Source of the DNA: Podarcis liolepis
Lineage: Eukaryota
Length of the DNA stretch: 64,000 nucleotides
NCBI GenBank assembly: GCA_965112155.1
Contig: OZ218109.1
Strand: one strand, 5' to 3'
Positions 9,695-21,800 of this stretch are shown here, piece after piece. The number at the start of each line of letters is the position of its first letter. Position 1 is the first letter of the stretch. The position numbers were made by a program, and so were the translations under genes. The notes under the pieces are model-generated. The model saw only the letters and a program-made list of their open reading frames with translations, did no database searches and was not told the origin of the DNA.

Positions 9695-11558
9695 ATGTTT
9701 TTTGCATTTTCGAGAAAAAACGTGTCCCAGAAATTGAGCTTACTTCTGCTGGTGTTTGGTTTTATCTGGGGCATAATGTTACTCCGCTACACCTTTCAGC
9801 ATCCAAGGCAACAGAGCAGTGCTGAATTGCGTGAACAAATACTTGACTTAAGTAAAAGGTATGTTAGAGCACTGGCAGAAGAAAACAAGAATATCATGAA
9901 TGGTGGTAATGGAGTCTCGATGGCAGGATACGGTAAGACATAATAAACTTTCTTTGAGGTCATGTCTCTATTTAACTCTTAATTTTAGAATTATGAAATG
10001 CAATACCAAGCATACTTTCAAAAGTTCTTAATTATTTTGTAGAACTATTGTCTAATTATTAACAGGGAAACTGTTATGGAAATGATCATGGCTATGAAAT
10101 CCCACATTCAGCTGAGGTTAAGAAATGCACAGTGTTTTATATCTGTGAGAAAAGTTGTTGGTTTATTGAGGGTATTAGGATACACATAATATTCATTCGT
10201 ATATGAATTATATATCCATATTTTGGAGTCCTAGATAATGCCACACCTGGAAAGGTTTAACAGAAGTAGTAAAGGTATCAAATTGAGAAAAAACCTAGAA
10301 TTGGCAAGGTATATAATTTTGAAAACTGTACACTGTAGAATATAGTGGTACCTTGGTTCTCGAACTTAATCTGTTCTTCCTGCACTCAAGCGGAAGCTGT
10401 GGAAGTCGCGTCGGATGTTCAGCTTCCAAAAAATGTTTGCAAACTGGAACACTTACTTCCGGGATCATGGCGTTCGGGAGCCAATTTGTTTGGGAGCTAA
10501 GCTGCTCGGGGCGAAGGTACCACTGTATCAGAATTAGAGAGCAGTTGGTAGAATTAAATGCATATGTGAAAACACAGTCATTCTTTTTATATGCCATGAA
10601 CAATATTTCCTAGAACTCACTACCAGTGGTGTGGATAAACAACAACAACAAGAAGAAAAAAAACAGAGAGATGGCTAGTTCTGTGCCAGTTGGACTGAAT
10701 GAAATGAGAAAGAATAAGAAATCCATTCTCTGTGTGACTGTTCCTGAAGAAAAAACCTAGATGAACCAAATAAATAAATAAATAAATAATCAATATAACC
10801 AGATATGTTATTCAATGCCTAAATGCACCAATTGGAAAGGGGTGGGTCTAGGACCAATAAAACAAAAATTTGGTTGTAGGGGGACTTGCATCTCCCTTTG
10901 TAATTCCTGTTCTTCAGCTATCTTGGCACAGTAAACCACTGAGCCTCTTGGGCTTGCCAATCAGAAGGTCGGCGGTTCTAATCCCCATGACGGAGTGAGT
11001 TCCCGTTGCTCTGTCCCAGTTCCTGCCAACCTAGCAGTTCAAAAGCACACCAGTGCAAGTAGATAAATAGGTACCGCTGCGGTGGGAAGGTAAACAGCAT
11101 TTCTGTGCGCTGTGGTTTCTGTCACGGCGTCCTGTCGCACCAGAAGCGGTTTAGTCATGCTGGCCACATGACCCAGAAAGCTGTCTGTGGACAAACGCTG
11201 ACTCCCTCGGCCTGAAAGCGAGATGAGCGCTGCAACCCTGTAGTTGCCTTTCACTGGATTTAACTGTCCAGGGGTCCTTTACCTTTAGTACGAGCACCTA
11301 TGCTTCTTTCACTATCAATAGTTCCACTGTGGAGTGCAAAATAGACAGGATTCCTTTCTGTGTTTCTGTTTTTCTCTAGCTGATCTAAAACGAACGATCG
11401 CAGTTCTTCTAGATGACATCTTGCAACGCTTGGTGAAACTGGAAAACAAGGTTGATTACATGGTTGTAAATGGCTCAGCAACAAATACTACAAATGGGAA
11501 CTTGATGCCAGCAACTACAAGCAAACGGGTAAACAAAGTGATTCTGACTGGTGTCTAG
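9695..11558 (+). CDS. CCDC126: Coiled-coil domain-containing protein 126, 138 aa; join(9695..9932,11380..11558)
   Basis: [30 protein letters not shown]...[19 protein letters not shown]...G|[26 protein letters not shown]; GT-AG phase-1 intron; total 417 nt. Exon 3 probably starts at 9543. Confidence 0.95.
10343..10525. mobile_element. Tc1/pogo MITE, family B
   Basis: TAGTGGTACCTT...AAGGTACCACTG ends with TA flanks; interior similar to the copies at 27029 and 52570. Confidence 0.78.
10932..11287 (+). mobile_element. Sauria (Squam1) SINE, 5'-truncated
   Basis: GATCAGAAGGTCGGCGGTTC-like head, GTGCAAGTAGATAAATAGGTACC core, CCTTTACCTTT tail. Confidence 0.9.
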
Positions 11559-13214
11559 TTCTGTTACAATAGGAAAAAAAACCACAAACCAATGGTTGGC
11601 ATGGAGGTCTGCATCCTGTTGCAACAGGAAATGCTGAATACAGTTCTAACTTCTTTTATATCAAGTTCTAAAATCTTTTAAAGATAGCTCTTTCATAAAA
11701 CAACACTGTACAACATCTTATTTAAAAGAGATGCTGGAAACATAGCTAGTGTAGTAAGGGAAGTAGATAATGTGTACATCCATATGTGAGGTTCTATGAT
11801 AATCATGGAGATTATGATCATGAAAAAGAGGTAGATTTAATATCTAAATATCTATTTAAATATAAATCTAACACATCTTTGGAAATTTTAGCTTAATCTT
11901 GTGACCTGGTTTACTAATGCATAGCGATGAAGGATAATATGAGCCTATAATATGAGTGCTGGAAATTGATGTATGTGTAAAGTATATTTTAACATCACCT
12001 TTGGCTGATTGATTTCTACAATGGATATCATGTTGTGGATAACATCCTAAAATGGTGATCCAAAGAATGTCTTTTATTTGCACTATCTGTGAAATAGCTA
12101 GAGAGAATGTATTAAAAATACTATCGTTTGTAAAAGCTTAAAAGGGCGACCTGCCCAAGTGCACACACACTTGCTACAGAATTAGGACGCTTAGATGATC
12201 AAAGATAATCTGTGATGGTACATAGCTGTTAACAATAAATAAATGTATGTATTTAGCAACTGAAGATAAAAACCTTAAGTGATAGAAGCCACACTTACCA
12301 GGTATTGAACACTGCTAGCTTTTCGTCCATTGTTTTTTTGGTGAATATTTGAGTATCCTACAGCCTATGATGAATGTAACACTAGCTCTTAAGTTACTCT
12401 TTTTAAAGAAAACCAAGAGTGACAAGCTGGATTTAGATGAAGGGAAGCAAGACACCTTGATACTTACTGAAAAGATGAGCTAGAGGGGTACAGTCTCTCA
12501 GGCACTCCTGCTTTGCAATGGCCTTTTGAATGAGTGTTGGTTGTGAAACAGTAGTAAATCCTGGTGGATTTGAACCCGAGCTCATCCATGGTGGACTTTA
12601 AATTGAGTGGGAGCAAAGGTGAACATTGCCTTATATCCATGTTAGCCTTATAGCAGAGAATTTGCAGCAAGGGTACACTATGTTACACAGTGTGCTTTTT
12701 GTATCCTAAATTATAAAAATGAAGTGCCAGTCTTGAGTTTTTGCATCTATACGGAATGATCTCTAAAGGGTTTGTTTTGGTATTTTATGCTTAAAATATG
12801 CTGTGTAGGTTTTTTGGTTTTTTTAAAAAAAGAACTTTTATTTAAAGGGAGAACAAGATTTGCGGTGCTAGATTATATACCGTCCTGAATTATTATCCCT
12901 GCAGATGATTATAGCATCTGGATAGAATAAAATAAATAAAGTGAAATATATGGTCAAAGGTTTTGAGTGTCCAATAAGTTCTTATCCTCAGTAGGAGTAT
13001 ATTCATGATTTTGCACAAAATGAAAATCTGTGGTTGCTTTCTACATGTTTTAAACGGCTTATCTTTTAACTGTTGCTTTAAAAATTAAATGACTAGAAGT
13101 CACATATCACAGGCTAGACCTGGTAAATAAAAACACTAATGGTATATTCTATTCTACTCAGACGTAAACCTAGGACTAATCCTTGCTAAACTCAGCGAGG
13201 CTAGCTTTGGAGTA

Positions 13215-13456
13215 CAGTGGTACCTCGGGTTACATACACTTCAGGTTACATACACTTCAGGTTACAGAGTCCGCTAACCCAGAAATAGTGCTTCAGGTTT
13301 AGAACTTTGCTTCAGGATGAGAACAGAAATCGTGCTCCGGCGGTGTGGCGGCAGCAGCAGGCCCCATAGGCTAAAGTGGTGCTTCAGGTTAAGAACAGTT
13401 TCAGGTTAAGTACGGACCTCTGGAACGAATTAAGTACTTAACCCGAGGTACCACTG
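13215..13456. mobile_element. Tc1/pogo MITE, family A
   Basis: CAGTGGTACCTCGGGTT TIRs, TA TSD; near-identical to 4415-4633. Confidence 0.88.
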
Positions 13457-13749
13457 TATACATTTCACAGGATTATATCACAAGGCTACATTCCTGAGCA
13501 CATACATTTCTAAGCCTCCTGAAACTTTTTTTTGGTCAGGAAATTTAATTGGGACTTGATTCAAAGTACATTTTCACAAGCTACGGGACAGTCTATCTCT
13601 TAACATGAGGATAAGGGAACATACAAGAGGCCAGTATTGTATGAATCCTTGAGTTACATTATGTAATGAGTCTACCCGTTTATCTACCACCTTTGAAAGT
13701 TTGATTCAGAATTTCTCTTTGTTGTGTGACATTCTCCACTAGTCATTTA

Positions 13750-14095
13750 CAAGAGCAGACCTGATGGATCAGGGCCAAATGCCCATCTAGTCTAGAATTC
13801 TTTTCTCATAGTGCTCAGCCAGATGCCTATGGAAAATCTGTAAGGAGGTTTTGAGTGCCATTGTACTCTTTCCCACGAGTGATTCCGAAAGTATGATATA
13901 CAACATTGGTTGTAGATCATAGCCATCATAGCTAGTAGCCATTTGAAGCTTTATTCTTCATGAATTTGTCTAATTCTCTTTTAAAGTCAGCCAAGTTAGT
14001 GGCTGTTACCACATATTGTGGGGTGAATTCTGTAGTTTATGCGTGGGATGAAGAAGCACTTTATTTCATCTCTCCTAAATCTTGCAGCATTCAGC
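13750..14095 (-). mobile_element. Decayed CR1 LINE 3' end
   Basis: Similar to 30785-30960 (GGATCAGG...CATCTAGTC...CAGATGCCTATGG...GCTAGTAGCCATT). Confidence 0.55.
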
Positions 14096-14102
14096 TACAT
14101 TG

Positions 14103-14430
14103 AATAATAATAACAATAATAATAAATACTGGGCTGCTCCCAACAGAATATTAATAATAAAAAAGCGACATCAAACACAAAAACTTCCCTAAACAGGGCT
14201 GCCTTCAGATGTCTTCTAAAAGTCAGATAGTTGTTTATTTCCTTGACATCTGACGGGAGGGTGTTCCACAGAGTGGGCACCACCACCAACAAGAAGGCCC
14301 TCTGCCTGGTTCTCTGTAACCTCACATCTCGCAGTGAGGGAACCGCCAGAAGGCCCTCGGAGCTGGACCTCAGTGTCCAGGCTGAACGGTGGGGGTGGAG
14401 ATGCTCCTTCAAGTATACTGGGCCAAGGCC
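14103..14430 (-). mobile_element. L2-clade LINE 3' fragment (ORF2 C-terminus with (TTA)n tail)
   Basis: Translation RTLRSS...RAF..VVPTLWNTLP...FRRHLKAALF; second copy at 47442. Confidence 0.8.
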
Positions 14431-15016
14431 TATTATGAGAGAGGGGCTGAAATGGAAGTTAAGAGAACTGTGTGCAAAATAAATACAGCACTTTTTTTAA
14501 AAAAAAGTTTTTCACATAGCAACTCTCACGCTTGAGGAGGCGAGCTCCTTTTTAGTTTAAAAGCAGCTTGTCTTTTCTCCTGGATATGTTACAGAGAAAC
14601 CTAAACTAATGTTTTGGTTCCGTGTTCTTTCTCTAGCTTGATTTTTTTTTGGGGGGGGGAGGCAATATTATTTGTGTATTAATGAATTGTACGGAGAGCT
14701 TAATATAAAAGGTGAAATATCAAAATAATAAAGAGCCACATCTTCTGCTGCTAGTCTCAACAAATGTAAATAATGAGACATTACTAAATGTTTGTAGCAG
14801 GACATCGTCACCAGCTCTGCTCCTGGACCTGATCTGGAGTGAAGAATGCTTTCAGGGAGGGCAAGGACAGCCTGAATCAACACTGCCAGTGGCCAGGCAG
14901 GAGGGGAACTCCACCCCGGTCCCGCTGTGATAATTTTCCTTGCAATCAAGCCAGAGGACACTTTAGTCAAAAATCCCTCACAAAATGGCTACGAGGTTTT
15001 TTAGGCTGCAGGGCTT

Positions 15017-15021
<5 letters not shown>

Positions 15022-15066
<45 letters not shown>

Positions 15067-15068
15067 TC
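15022..15068. repeat. (TTTC)n microsatellite
   Basis: Directly visible. Confidence 0.93.
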
Positions 15069-15684
15069 CAGTGCATAAGGGTGGTAGCAGCTACCTGGGG
15101 ACACAAGAGGTGGCAAGGCTGAGGGTGTTGCCACCAGATCCCTGGGGTCCAAAAACCATGAGTGAGGGCAGCGAGCTGAGTTCAGATTCCGTTCCTCAGG
15201 TCCAAGCGTTTTGCTGTTACCTTGAGAGTTTAAAATTCCAAGTCTGCAGCACAACTGAAGTGGTGTGAGCCATCTTTTAAAATGGATTAAAACTCTCTCT
15301 GTGTGTTATACATATTGATGTAAAAATTGGGGTTTGGCTTTTGCTGCCTCAACTCCCCATGGGATTCCATGGGTCCCCTAAGTCCATGATCAGTCAGAGA
15401 AGAATGGATGGAGGGAGGGAGGGAGGATCCAGTGGAAAGTAAGGCAGAGACTTGGTGTTCTGTTGCAACATAGTTCTCTTCCCCTCCTTCCATGAAGGGA
15501 GAGACCCTGAACAAAAGTGTGCAGGAACCTTTTGACATTGCCCAACCCACTTAGCCAAAGAGCACCCCAAAATCACACATACATAATAGGAGGTGGGTCT
15601 ACAGCAGAAATCCTGTCTGCCAGGATACCTAAGAATGGTCCCTGATTGCATTGCCTGGGCAATCCTTTTGTGATGACTTACTTT

Positions 15685-16013
15685 TGTTGTTGTTGTTTAG
15701 TCGTGTCCGACTCTTCATGACCCCATGCACCAGAGCACGCCAGGCACTCCTGTCTTCCACTGCCTCCCGCAGTTTGGTTAAACTCATGCTGGTAGCTTCG
15801 AGAACACTGTCCAACTATCTCGTCCTCTGTCGTCCCCTTCTCCTTCTGCCCTCCATCTTTCCCAACATCAGGGTCTTTTCCAGGGAGTCTTCTCTTCTCA
15901 TGAGGTGGCCAAAGTATTGGAGCCTCAGCTTCAGGATCTGTCCTTCCAGTGAGCACTCAGGGCTGATTTCCATAAGAATGGATATGTTTGATCTTCTTGC
16001 AGTCCATGGGACT
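15685..16013 (-). mobile_element. BovB (RTE) LINE 3' fragment
   Basis: Minus translation ...LKLRLQYFGHLMRREDSLEKTLMLGKMEGRRRRGRQRTR*LDSV...AWRALVHGVMKSRTRL, (CAA)n tail, possible TSD TTACTTT. Confidence 0.9.
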
Positions 16014-16289
16014 ATTACTTTACTTGACCTGAATCCAGGTCACAGGCTCGCCCTATTCATACACAAAGACGCTCTTAGCACAGGATTTGTAAGGGGGAGG
16101 GGAGAAAACGGGCTGGCTTTCCCCATTTGCCTCCCTTAACCGCAAAGGAATACAGTATTTGAGGTCAAAATGGCTTCAGGATTGCTCTCAAGACACATGG
16201 TTTATATAGTCAGATACGTGTGCATTTATGAATATTTATAATTGGGGCCTTAGGATTGCCTATAATAATATTAAACTGGGTTAAGTTCG

Positions 16290-16860
16290 AACCATCGATG
16301 GGGAGTTAGCGAGGCGTGAGGGGTTTCTCACCCCGCCAGCAAAAAGCGAAAGCCGGCGCTGAAAGGCGCGCTTGGAACCGTCGCTTAGAGACCCAACAAA
16401 CGGCGAAGGTTGGCGAAGCAGCCGCCTCTCCCGCCTCTCCTGGTGGCGGGGAAGGGAAAGGGGAGGGCCGCCTCTTTGTCTCCCGCGAGGCCCTTCAGCC
16501 CTCGCCGCCGTGTGCTTCCCTCTTTCGGTAGGGAATTCCGGCCGCGGGGAAGGCACATCCCGGCCATGGAGCGGCTGACTTTGCAACCGGGGGCCGCCGC
16601 GGCGATAGATGAATACCTGGAATACAAGAGGTGAGCGGGACCGAGGGGAGGAGGGGGACGAAAGGCCGCCGGGGGGGAGGAGGGGATCGCTGGCGGCGAT
16701 CGCCACTGCGTAGGTAGCGGGCCGAGGGGACGGGACGCTCCGCTCAGGTCGTCTCCACTTTTTGTTGGGGCTCGAAGTCTTTTCGCTCGGAAAACCCAAA
16801 ACTCACGAGGGGCCCTCTGAGCATGTGCAAAGGGCACGTCCTTCACCCCGAGCAACCTAA
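16290..16860 (+). promoter_or_regulatory. FAM221A: FAM221A CpG-island promoter
   Basis: CpG-rich stretch spanning exon 1; X-box-like GTCGCTTAGAGAC at 16380-16392. Confidence 0.75.
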
Positions 16861-18823
16861 AGGACCGTCTTTCCGCACAGATTCTGGCAACCTGCCTTCT
16901 TCACTACTAAGCGTGATACTCCTGAGCGATGCGCCACCTAGGCATGATTTTATTGTTTTATCTCTTTGTAAGACGCTTTGAGTTTTTTTCTTCCCCCCCC
17001 CCCACAATCAATCAGCGAGCAAAACACATAAGAGAGCTGTTCGTGGGGCACCAGTCTTGCTTTAACAAGGTGGGTGTCTGTAACAGGGCTAGCCTCTGAT
17101 TGTTAAGAATTTGAAAGAATATTTAATCCAACCGAATCTAAAGACTCACTTTTTGTGGTGAGTTGAAATCAGTTATAGGTTTTAGTTTAAGGTGTGAGTG
17201 ACTAGGTCCTAGGATATGAAGTCGTATGGAATACATGTTTAAACTTTATGATTTATAGCCTTTTTAAAGAATGAAGCCCTCAACCGCTTCCTCCAGTTAG
17301 AGACAGTTAAATGGGAATGTTCCATGAAATATGCTGAGGATCATAGCACTATTTTGATGTTGCGACATAGATATGAGCAGAAATAGAACACCCGGCAAAC
17401 ATTTCCTAGTCTAGGCTTTCCAAGATTGTCTCTTCCCTTTCTCCCAAGCCACAGCCATTTCAACAGTCTTCATTTTTGTGTGTGTGTGTTATCAGAACAT
17501 TGATGTTTGTAATTAAACATGCAACGCTTCTTCGTAGAATTGTAGGTGAAGATGATGGAGGGAAACTTTTTACTCCTGAAGAATATGAAAAGTACAAGAA
17601 AAAAATGTTACCAATACGGTTACAAAACAGACTGTTTGTGAGCTGGAGATCACCAACTGGCATGGACTGCAAACTTGTGGGCCCCGAAACCCCATGTTTT
17701 TGTACTCACAGGTGAGGCATTCTGTGCCCTACATAGACATTTCCTGTTCAATGGAAGTATTTGTTTGTTGTGCAGTTAGCTTGAGAACTTGTGGCTTGCA
17801 AAGCTTTAGGAAGCATTTGTTTTTATTTATTAAATTACTGTACCGCCTTTCATCCAAGGATCACAGGGCAGTTTAGAATATTTCTTAGATCAGGAAAATT
17901 GTTTCATAATATTCCATATAAATGCATAAAAAATGGAAAAGAGCACCTTCAGGTTATGTTTCAAGTACCTTGGGATGACATTCAAAGGCATATTCCAAAT
18001 AATTTGAATGGTCTACAAATTTAAGTGTCTAAATATTTTACTGGGATCCCCCTCTGCCATGGTCCACATAATGTTAAGCTACGGTTTATAGACAATTGCT
18101 TACTAAATGAGGGTTTAACACGAACATCCAGCCCAGCACCTTACCCATGGTTTATTGACCACAAACAAACCATGCTTGTAAGCCACAGTTTGTTATTGGT
18201 TTATAAACCTTGTTTAGCATTACCAATGGCTTTAACATTACAATGCGCCTTCATTTCCCCCCTGGCACATGTAATGTTCAGACTTATTTCAGTCATGGCT
18301 TTGAAGAAGCAGCAATAATTTTTCTTGGCAAGACTAGCACACAGTAAAAGACTGACTCACTACCATAGAAATTCTCTATGTGCCAGAAGATTCGAGAGAG
18401 AGGCTGGGTTGGTGGCAACCTCAACAAAGTGGTTTATTGAACCTGGTCCCATTCATAAAAGATTGGGACATGATTGCTTAGAATAATATTTTTTAAAAAG
18501 CTCAACTGTTGTCTGGGGACAGCCATTCCAGCAGTGGCACAGCGGAGAAGCAGGGCTCACTCCATCAGTTCTGCTGCAACAGGCCACCTCCATCAAGCCT
18601 CCCCATCCCTTCAACCATCATCTGGGAGCAGCTATCAGGCTGCCTCAGAGGGAGAGACAGGAAGCCGGTCTCATCGCATCTGCTTTGCTAGAGGCCCTGC
18701 TCCACCTCCTGCCTCTGAACTGTGCCAGCTGCTCAATATAGGAACAGCCGTCTAGAAATTGATGCCTGAGTTTTATTTTCCTTTTTCCTCCTTGTCCTTT
18801 CCCCCTTGTGCATTGTATTTAAA

Positions 18824-18878
<55 letters not shown>

Positions 18879-21800
18879 TAAAAATTAAAATTAAGTATTT
18901 AAGTAGGGCATGTCTTGTTTTGATTTCATGTATGCTGCTCTGGGTCTGCCTTTTTGCCTGAAGAGTAGGGTACAAATTCTCTAAATAAATGATAAATAAA
19001 TAAAGCAAATGACCGCTGAATAGTATGTTTACATTTCGCTTCCCCCAGGTATAAACAACACAAAACAGACTTTGAAGAGATCCCAAAGGAACGTCCTATT
19101 TCTTTACCCTGTCGGGTGGGCCATTGCCCATGCAAATCTTATAACTTCGTTCCTCTCAATGGGACTCAGCCCATCCGCTGTAGATGTAAGCACTTTGCTG
19201 ATCAGCACAGTGCGGCACCCGGGTTTCCATGCAACACATGTAAGTGAGTTTTGGATAAATAAGCATGTCATATGTAAGTGTAGCAGTTTTTCATTACACA
19301 GATATGTCCCTTGAGGCATTGTGTGATACTATAACCATGTATATTTGTAGGTGTGGAGAGTACTAATGAAAATGTGCTGGGTTCTGTAACTAGAAAACTC
19401 ATATTCAGCAGGCAAGCTCAACATTGTATTTCACATTCCAAATCTGCTTAATTTGCATACTATTAAACCATTTCCTGATTGATACTACTTCCGTATCTGG
19501 GAGTCTGAACATGGGCTTTTTGAAGGATACTTTTTCTACCACTGGCAGCTTTCTGTATAAGTAGAGTCCACCTGAACATTATTGTTTAAATATGTTTCAT
19601 TGTACCGGTAGAATAAATAGTATTTATGATCTCAAAATATTGTAGGCCTTAGATTTACACCATGTCTGCCCTGGACTCAAATAATACACTTACACATCCT
19701 ATTAAGCTGTTTCCAGCTGTAGCAATTGTTTGTGTAGTTGGGGCTACAGAAGAAGAAGAGTTTGGATTTGATATCCCGCCTTTCACTCCCCTTCAGGAGT
19801 CTCAAAGCGGCTAACAATCTCCTTTCCCTTCCTCCCCCACAACAAACACTCTGTGAGGGGAGTGGGGCTGAGAGACTTCAGAGAAGTGTGACTAGCCCAA
19901 GGTCACCCAGCAGCTGCATGTGGAGGAGCGGGGAAGCGAACCCGGTTACCCAGATTACGTGACTACCGCTCTTAACCACTACACCACACTGGCACACTTC
20001 CTCAGAGAGGAAATACTCAAAACAAAACTGCCACTGAGTGAAAGGGAGTCAAATATTTTGGTCTATCTGATGCTGTCTTAAAATGTTTTGAATTAGGTTC
20101 CAAATGTTCAGGGTTTCACAGTTGCTTTACTTGTGGATGTGGGCAGCCAACATATGCTCATGAAACAGTAGTGGAAACAAAAGAGGAACGCTTAGCCCAA
20201 GGAAAACCAGTGGGGCAAGATGTCCCATATGCCGCCATGGGAGGACTAACTGGCTTTAGTTCACTAGCAGAAGGATACATGAGACTTGATGACAGTGGGA
20301 TAGGTAAGAATCGGGGGACTTGAAATGAAAAATTGAATTCTCATCTATCTGTTTTTTGCTTTATTGGTAGTTCCAAAGTGTATCGGATAATTTAACCAGA
20401 TTGCAACGTCTATGTAGTTTTAAATTATAAATATAGGTGCAGAGGTACCAATCCGGTAGTCTGATGCCCCACAAAATGAATGGTATGTTTTTCCTAGCAA
20501 TGTGCAGTTGGATAGACAAGGTCAGCACCATGGGATTTGACCTGTGGTACCCCTCAAGCCTTGGCCTTACTGCCATGCAGTTTAACATTCATATGAAGCC
20601 ATTGGCAGAGATAATTTGGAGCTTTGAAGTTGGGTGTGGCCAAACTGATGATTCCCAAATCTATGGGTGGTATTCAACTAAATTTTACTCATTGTGGACC
20701 TCTTGACATTTATAGACTTAATTTAGATGTCTTAATTTATTTCAAAAATTTGAGTAAAAGCTGGTTGACTACCACTCTCTTGGCATTTTAACCCTTATCA
20801 GTTTGGAAGCTGGGGACAAGTGATAAAGTAAAATAATAAATGACCTGAAACTGATTCCAAAGAAAACAAGTTCTCATGGGGGACTTGCTGTGTCTTTTTT
20901 GGGTAAAGTACTATTCATCCTAGCAAAACAGATACAGATCCATGGATTTCGCCTAAGCCTGCTTTGTCCTGGAAAAGCAGATAATGGCACTGGTGAAGAG
21001 TGCATTTTTATCATGGGTAGGCAAACTAAGGCCTGGGGGCCGGAACCGGCCCATTCGCCTTCTAAATCCGGTCCGCGGACGGTCCAGGAATCAGCACGTT
21101 TTTACATGAGTAGAATGCGTCCTTTTATTTAAAATGCATCTCTGGGTTATTTGTGGGGCCTGCCTGGTGTTTTTGCATGAGTAGAATGTGTGCTTTTATT
21201 TAAAATGCATTTCTGGGTTATTTGTGGGGCATAGGAATTTGTTCATTTTTTTCCCTTCAAAATATAGTGCGGCCCACCACAAGGTCTGAGGGACAGTGGA
21301 CCAGCCCCCTGCTGAAAAAGTTTGCTGACCCCTGATTTTATCATTTGTATCTGTTGCAAGGGCTCTGAGGCAGAGGGGGTCTTGTCATTCTTATCCACAT
21401 TTTTGTAGCCTTGAGGATTGACTGTAGTACAGGCAGTTGTATCTGAAGATGACTTAGAAACTAAAGCAGCAAGATGTTGCCCCCTTCTTCCTAAATAAAT
21501 ACAAAGTTAGGAATCCTGGCCCATTTCGTAGCAACTATCATGACTGCCCATGCTCTTCCAGGCCTAATGTGATTGGTGCTTTCTTTTAAAACGCTGCACA
21601 GCCTGTGACCAAAATAGTAGAGCTCCTCCCTGCACAATTTATAACCCCCCCCCCCCATTTCAAATGACCCCAGGGAGGAATTGCACATGAAACAATATAA
21701 TAATTAAATGCTGAATACCACCACCAACAAAATAGGAAACATCAGCTGCAAATTAACAGAACATAGGCAGACAGCAAGTGATAAAATCTGAGCCATGGGC

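Noticed and set aside
16281-16855. 156-172 aa antisense ORFs over FAM221A exon 1
   Set aside because: CpG-island artefacts with low-complexity P/R/G/S composition.
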